Shown: piece after piece, positions 59,850-64,000 of the stretch
Layout of the letters: each line of letters starts with the position of its first letter
How positions within the stretch are numbered: position 1 is the first letter of the stretch
Source: Bispira polyomma
Lineage: Eukaryota
DNA length: 64,000 nt
Assembly: GCA_965649765.1 (NCBI GenBank)
Contig: OZ287752.1
Location: forward strand, 86,676,001-86,740,000
Reading direction: 5' to 3'
The notes under the pieces: model-generated
The model's input: only the letters and a program-made list of their open reading frames with translations
Databases searched by the model: none
Told to the model about the DNA's origin: nothing
Made by a program: the position numbers and the translations under genes

Positions 59850-60100
59850 CAACTTTTTTTTAGGTGTGATAGTTGAATTAGAAGCCAATGTAGATTTTCT
59901 AGAAGAGTGGGATGATATGGCTTTGGGCAACAATGCGATACAATCTCGAAAGATGTAATTTGTCACAGCCTGGGGCTGTCAAAGATTATCCTCAATAGCA
60001 CGGTATAAGAGGAAGTTACAGTAGCCCAGGCGACTACTGACAAGTGCATTTGCAACCATGACTGCAGTGTCCCGACTTAGATGGGGACGAATCCTCTTCA
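59850..60100 (-). mobile_element. L2 ORF2 fragment
   Basis: Translates as KRIRPHLSRDTAVMVANALVSSRLGYCNFLLY, homologous to RRVRRYLSASTATMVANALVTSRLDYCNS. Confidence 0.75.
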
Positions 60101-61294
60101 AGAAGAAACTTATGATAAAAAGTAGAATAAGACTATAGCCTTAAGGGTCTTACATTTAATATTCTGGAGTAATATCTGTATTTGAAAGTCAAGTCAATGC
60201 TTTAAAACTAAAACGGGTAATTTGCATAAAATTATTTTAGGGATGTTAATAATTTACAAATTGCCATTGTATACATCTTTTGTCAATGAACGAGTGCTAG
60301 ATAGCTATTCGTAAAACAAGATTGGACAGCAAGATTGCCAGCAGGAATGCAGAATAAGTATCAAAATATATGAATTATATGTAATAGGTTGGTAGAGCCA
60401 TTTCCATCATGGTATGGTGACACACATGCGCAAAAGAGCAACTTTCACACCCCCCCCCCCCCCACACCCCCTTCATAAAAATAGAGAAATTTATGTTTTA
60501 GAAGTGTTTGTTGCTCTAAATAAACAACTCAGGTTGAGACTGGCATTTGACCTTTTTCATAAATTCTCAACACTATGAACAATTGAGTCATTAAAATAAC
60601 AAGACAATACTTCCACAAGCTAATGATCTATGAAGCTTAACTATCTAAGACAGATAAACGCTAAACGTAGTCATGCAGTGAGTTGATAGATCAGCTCACT
60701 CTGTATTCCAGGGAGGGCAAGAAAGGCCCATTACAGCAAATCAGCCAGACATAGTTAAATGGTTTCCAACTGCAGCTATCTGCCATTGAAATTTAGATCA
60801 AACAGAAACTTTTTCTAAATTATTTTTAATTCTAATTGCACTAAAAATATATACTTTTGGCAGACTCTAGAAACTTAAACCTGTTATTTTACTAAACATC
60901 ACTCTTTCATGTAAATTATGCTGTTTGTGAACACTGCTGTTAGTGAACCCCTTGTTACCTAGTGGTAGGGCAAAAAAATATAACCAGCTCCAGGAATGTG
61001 GGAGACCAGGCTCTTGAATGAGAAGGACTTTATGTTAATACATGTTTACAGTACAACTATAAGTTTGTGTTGAGATTAGTTAAGTTTAATTTGGCTGTGA
61101 TTGTTATTTTAACTTCAGAGCCCTCAGCATCAGTCATCTCTGCATCATTGATTCTGTAATATTATGATGAATAATTCAATGTTATTGTTGTAAGCATGTT
61201 GCTGTTACTATATGCTGGCTTCTATTGGTTTGGAAAAGTGACTTTAGGAACACTGACGAATATTATCACTATTATATATCTTAATGAATTTGAA

Positions 61295-61505
61295 ATTGGT
61301 TGGGATTACTTTAACAGTTTGGTCATTCACGATGTCCAGATTTAATGGTGGAAGAAACCAGCATTCTAAACCACCAACTTACGGCATGTATTTGACAATA
61401 GTTTCCACATGCAGCCACAAACAGGATTCTACAAGCCACCCAGCCATCAGAGAAGTCTATTGCAAACACATGCCTGTCGAGGTTTGAAAACCCTTGACTA
61501 CTGAG
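61295..61505 (-). mobile_element. Diverged SINE copy
   Basis: Minus strand TTGTCAAATACATGCCGTAAGTTGGTGGTTT...GGTTTCTTCCACCATTAAATCTGG...GACCAAACTGTTAAAGTAATCCCAACC. Confidence 0.5.
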
Positions 61506-63469
61506 GTGGGGAGTCAGAGTGTTACCATTCTGTAATTTAAGCCTTATCCTACTCTAGAGACAGGATGTCCCCAATACCTTATCAAGTTCATTCACCACTA
61601 ATTATTTACAGGCTTTGTGCTTAAAAATATTAAAATATTTCATCACATTTATTGGAATGTGGTTATAACTACATCACTTACATGATCGCCATATCTTGGT
61701 TTTGGAGAATTTGTTGAAAATGTTATGGAACAGTCTCCCAGTTGAGCTTAGATCTCCAAACGTGCTTACCCCAATTAATTCACTCACTGTACATCCCCAA
61801 ATCCTTCCTGTTTACCTTGGCTGTATTTTTTTTAGTTTTCGATTAGAAATATTTTATTTCGGTGGTGCGCTTTAAATATGCCTCGCTTTAATAAGTCAAG
61901 TTAAAAATGCACAAAACAATTAGAGCCCTTGTTTGTATCCTTCCCATTTAGCCCACCATGCCTAATTTTTTTAGATGCTGTTGTCCTTGTATCACTGGAG
62001 GACTTACAAGCCCCTGAGGTGCTCACACTGTTTACTGAAGTGACTGTATCTCTGTCCCAGTACCCATGCAGTGTGGTGTTGTGTCTATGCTAATTGCTCA
62101 ATGGTCAAATGGGTTATATAAACTCTAAAAAAACAGTGTGCCAAAAGGTTATGGACAGGCTAATATAAACCATATACAAGGCACAGAGCTCAGATATTAT
62201 ATTTGCTTTGTGTATGTTAACCTTGGCCAAAAAACAGCTCCAATATAAGCCGAGGGGACCGAGGTGTACGTTCATGGCACTCTCCGACCTCTGCATTTGT
62301 GGGTTTGAATTCAAGTGGAAATTGGCAGAACTTTGGCCAAAAAGAGCTCTACCATAGGTCATTGAGGCTCAGTGGAGTATCAGTAACACTCTCACCTCCC
62401 CACCTTTGTTGTGATGGGTTTGAATCTTGGTAGGGTAATTGGATATATACTTTTTTAAAAGCCAGTGAATTAGAGTGAAAGTGTGGTATCCAAAAAAGGG
62501 CTAAGCGAAGACTTTGTTTTAGATCTTATATACATTTGTGCAAGATTGAGAACAATCATCTGGCCTCTTTGTGAATACTGCCCCAGAAATATTGACAGGC
62601 TTATTCATACCTGGGTTTGTCCACCAGCGACATACCCTTTGGAGTGGTATTGTATTGCATTGCAGTTTTGTTGTTCTTTTCAAATTTATACTCAATTTTT
62701 CTTGATGCCAATAGCCACTCAACATCAGTTAACTATCACTCTCCGGAAGAGAGACAGACTTGGGAATGACCATAATCAGACTTAATGGAATTTTTAAAGT
62801 TTGCGAAGTTTCATGTAAACCCATTCCCATTTAGAGGACAAATTATAATATATTTCCAAATGTTATTTATCTTGTCATTCACACACACAATTGATATAGA
62901 TGGGTTTTCTAACATGTTCTAGGTTGTTAATTCCCGGGTTCTCTAACTTAGAAGCCTTAGTGACCTGGTGGTCTTAATGGCGAGAACCTTTTTGGTTGAC
63001 AGTCACTTTCCTCTAACCTCTGAGGACAGTGGTTTAAACCCCATGGATTGTTGTTCATGCGGCAAAAGGGCATATATCAGATGGTTAAGCCACCCTCACT
63101 CTGTGACAAGGAGTGACATGAAATGTTGTGTTATATTGCAAAGCGTTCTTCCCATGATCTCTTTGTTGACAACAATAGTACAATGATAGTAGTGTCTCTT
63201 TGATGTCTCCACTTATCGGCTTCACTCACTCCACTCTCGTGGCTCAAAATTTAAAAAAGACACCACCACGATAAACCCTTGCGACCACAATGAGGAGATA
63301 TACAAAGTGTTCACATTGTGTTACATATTAAGGCACAGTAAAGCATTTACCAAAACACCACATGTACAGCATATGTGTAAAACAATCAACATCCTATTGC
63401 CTTGGTGTTGTGTCATTGTCTTCTATTGTCGTCAAGCAACTAATTAAATAGGCAACAGTAAGGCACTAA

Positions 63470-63905
63470 AGGGGGAGACACAAAAGAGACAATGAGGTAA
63501 CAATGTCGCATTAATGTCTCACTTTGTTTCATGTTTTTCTACCATTATCCTATCCTTGTCTCAATGCTGTCCCATCTGTGTCAACCAGTATCAGTTAATT
63601 ATTATTCTCCTGTCTAAAGAGAGAGGAATGACTCTATTTATCAATCCCCCAAGGATCTTTACCCTGCCACGGGGGATAGGATCCACTGACAGTGGGCCAC
63701 CCTTTTAATATATATACATAAGTATATATACATTGGGACAGTATATATAGGCTACAGAAAGGAGACAAGTGTGAGATATAAAAGAGACAATCGGCCGACA
63801 ATGTCGTCCAAAAATGGTGTTAATGTCTCACAGTGGCGCAACAACCAAAAATCGTCAAAAAAATGTTGTACTGTCTTATCCTTGTCCCAATGCTATCTCC
63901 TGGGT
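63470..63905. repeat. Imperfect direct duplication (period about 300 bp) rich in GACAAT/ATTGTC motifs; probably part of an unclassified repeat running off the window
   Basis: GAGACAAT...ACAATGTCG...TTAATGTCTCAC...TATCCTTGTC.CAATGCT at about 63486-63570 and 63783-63900. Confidence 0.5.
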
Positions 63906-64000
63906 GTCGTCATACTGAGAAAGACAGTCTATCACAACACTGTCATGCATTTGTGTGGCCTATGTGGGACGCTGGCTTTAGAGTTGATTAACTCACGGCC

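Noticed and set aside
50290-64000. Numerous 60-100 aa ORFs in AT-rich DNA
   Set aside because: Low-complexity F/L/I/K-rich translations expected by chance; no motifs.

Overview
AT-rich, repeat-dense animal genomic DNA. The MetaSINE-like and L2 content suggests a lophotrochozoan such as a mollusc (inference only). I find no convincing host gene. The window holds: three tyrosine-recombinase (YR) retrotransposons on the minus strand (one full-length with A1-ORFs-B1-A2-spacer-B2 split direct repeats at 24385-31180, one decayed at about 1950-6440, one internally deleted at about 46440-48555); a full-length Ty3/Gypsy element (32142-42240, 1.76 kb LTRs, ATAT TSD, tRNA-Leu PBS) with an intact extra C2H2 zinc-finger ORF in the env position; several decayed L2-clade LINEs; a fossil PIF/Harbinger; a TA-flanked MITE; tRNA-derived SINEs; and minisatellites. 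These sit on an old multi-kb inverted duplication (0-10 kb vs 42-57 kb). The main finding concerns how the YR elements are expressed. Their recombinase ORF has no start codon. Two divergent elements share a phase-1 donor (G|GTAAGA) inside gag and a phase-1 acceptor just after the RNase H stop, which predicts a spliced Gag-YR fusion; in the full-length copy this is an uninterrupted 545-aa ORF. Pol appears to be reached by UAG readthrough in one element and by -1 frameshifting in the other. The full-length copy also carries two tandem, covarying structured-RNA motifs between A2 and B2. All alignments and folds were done by eye.
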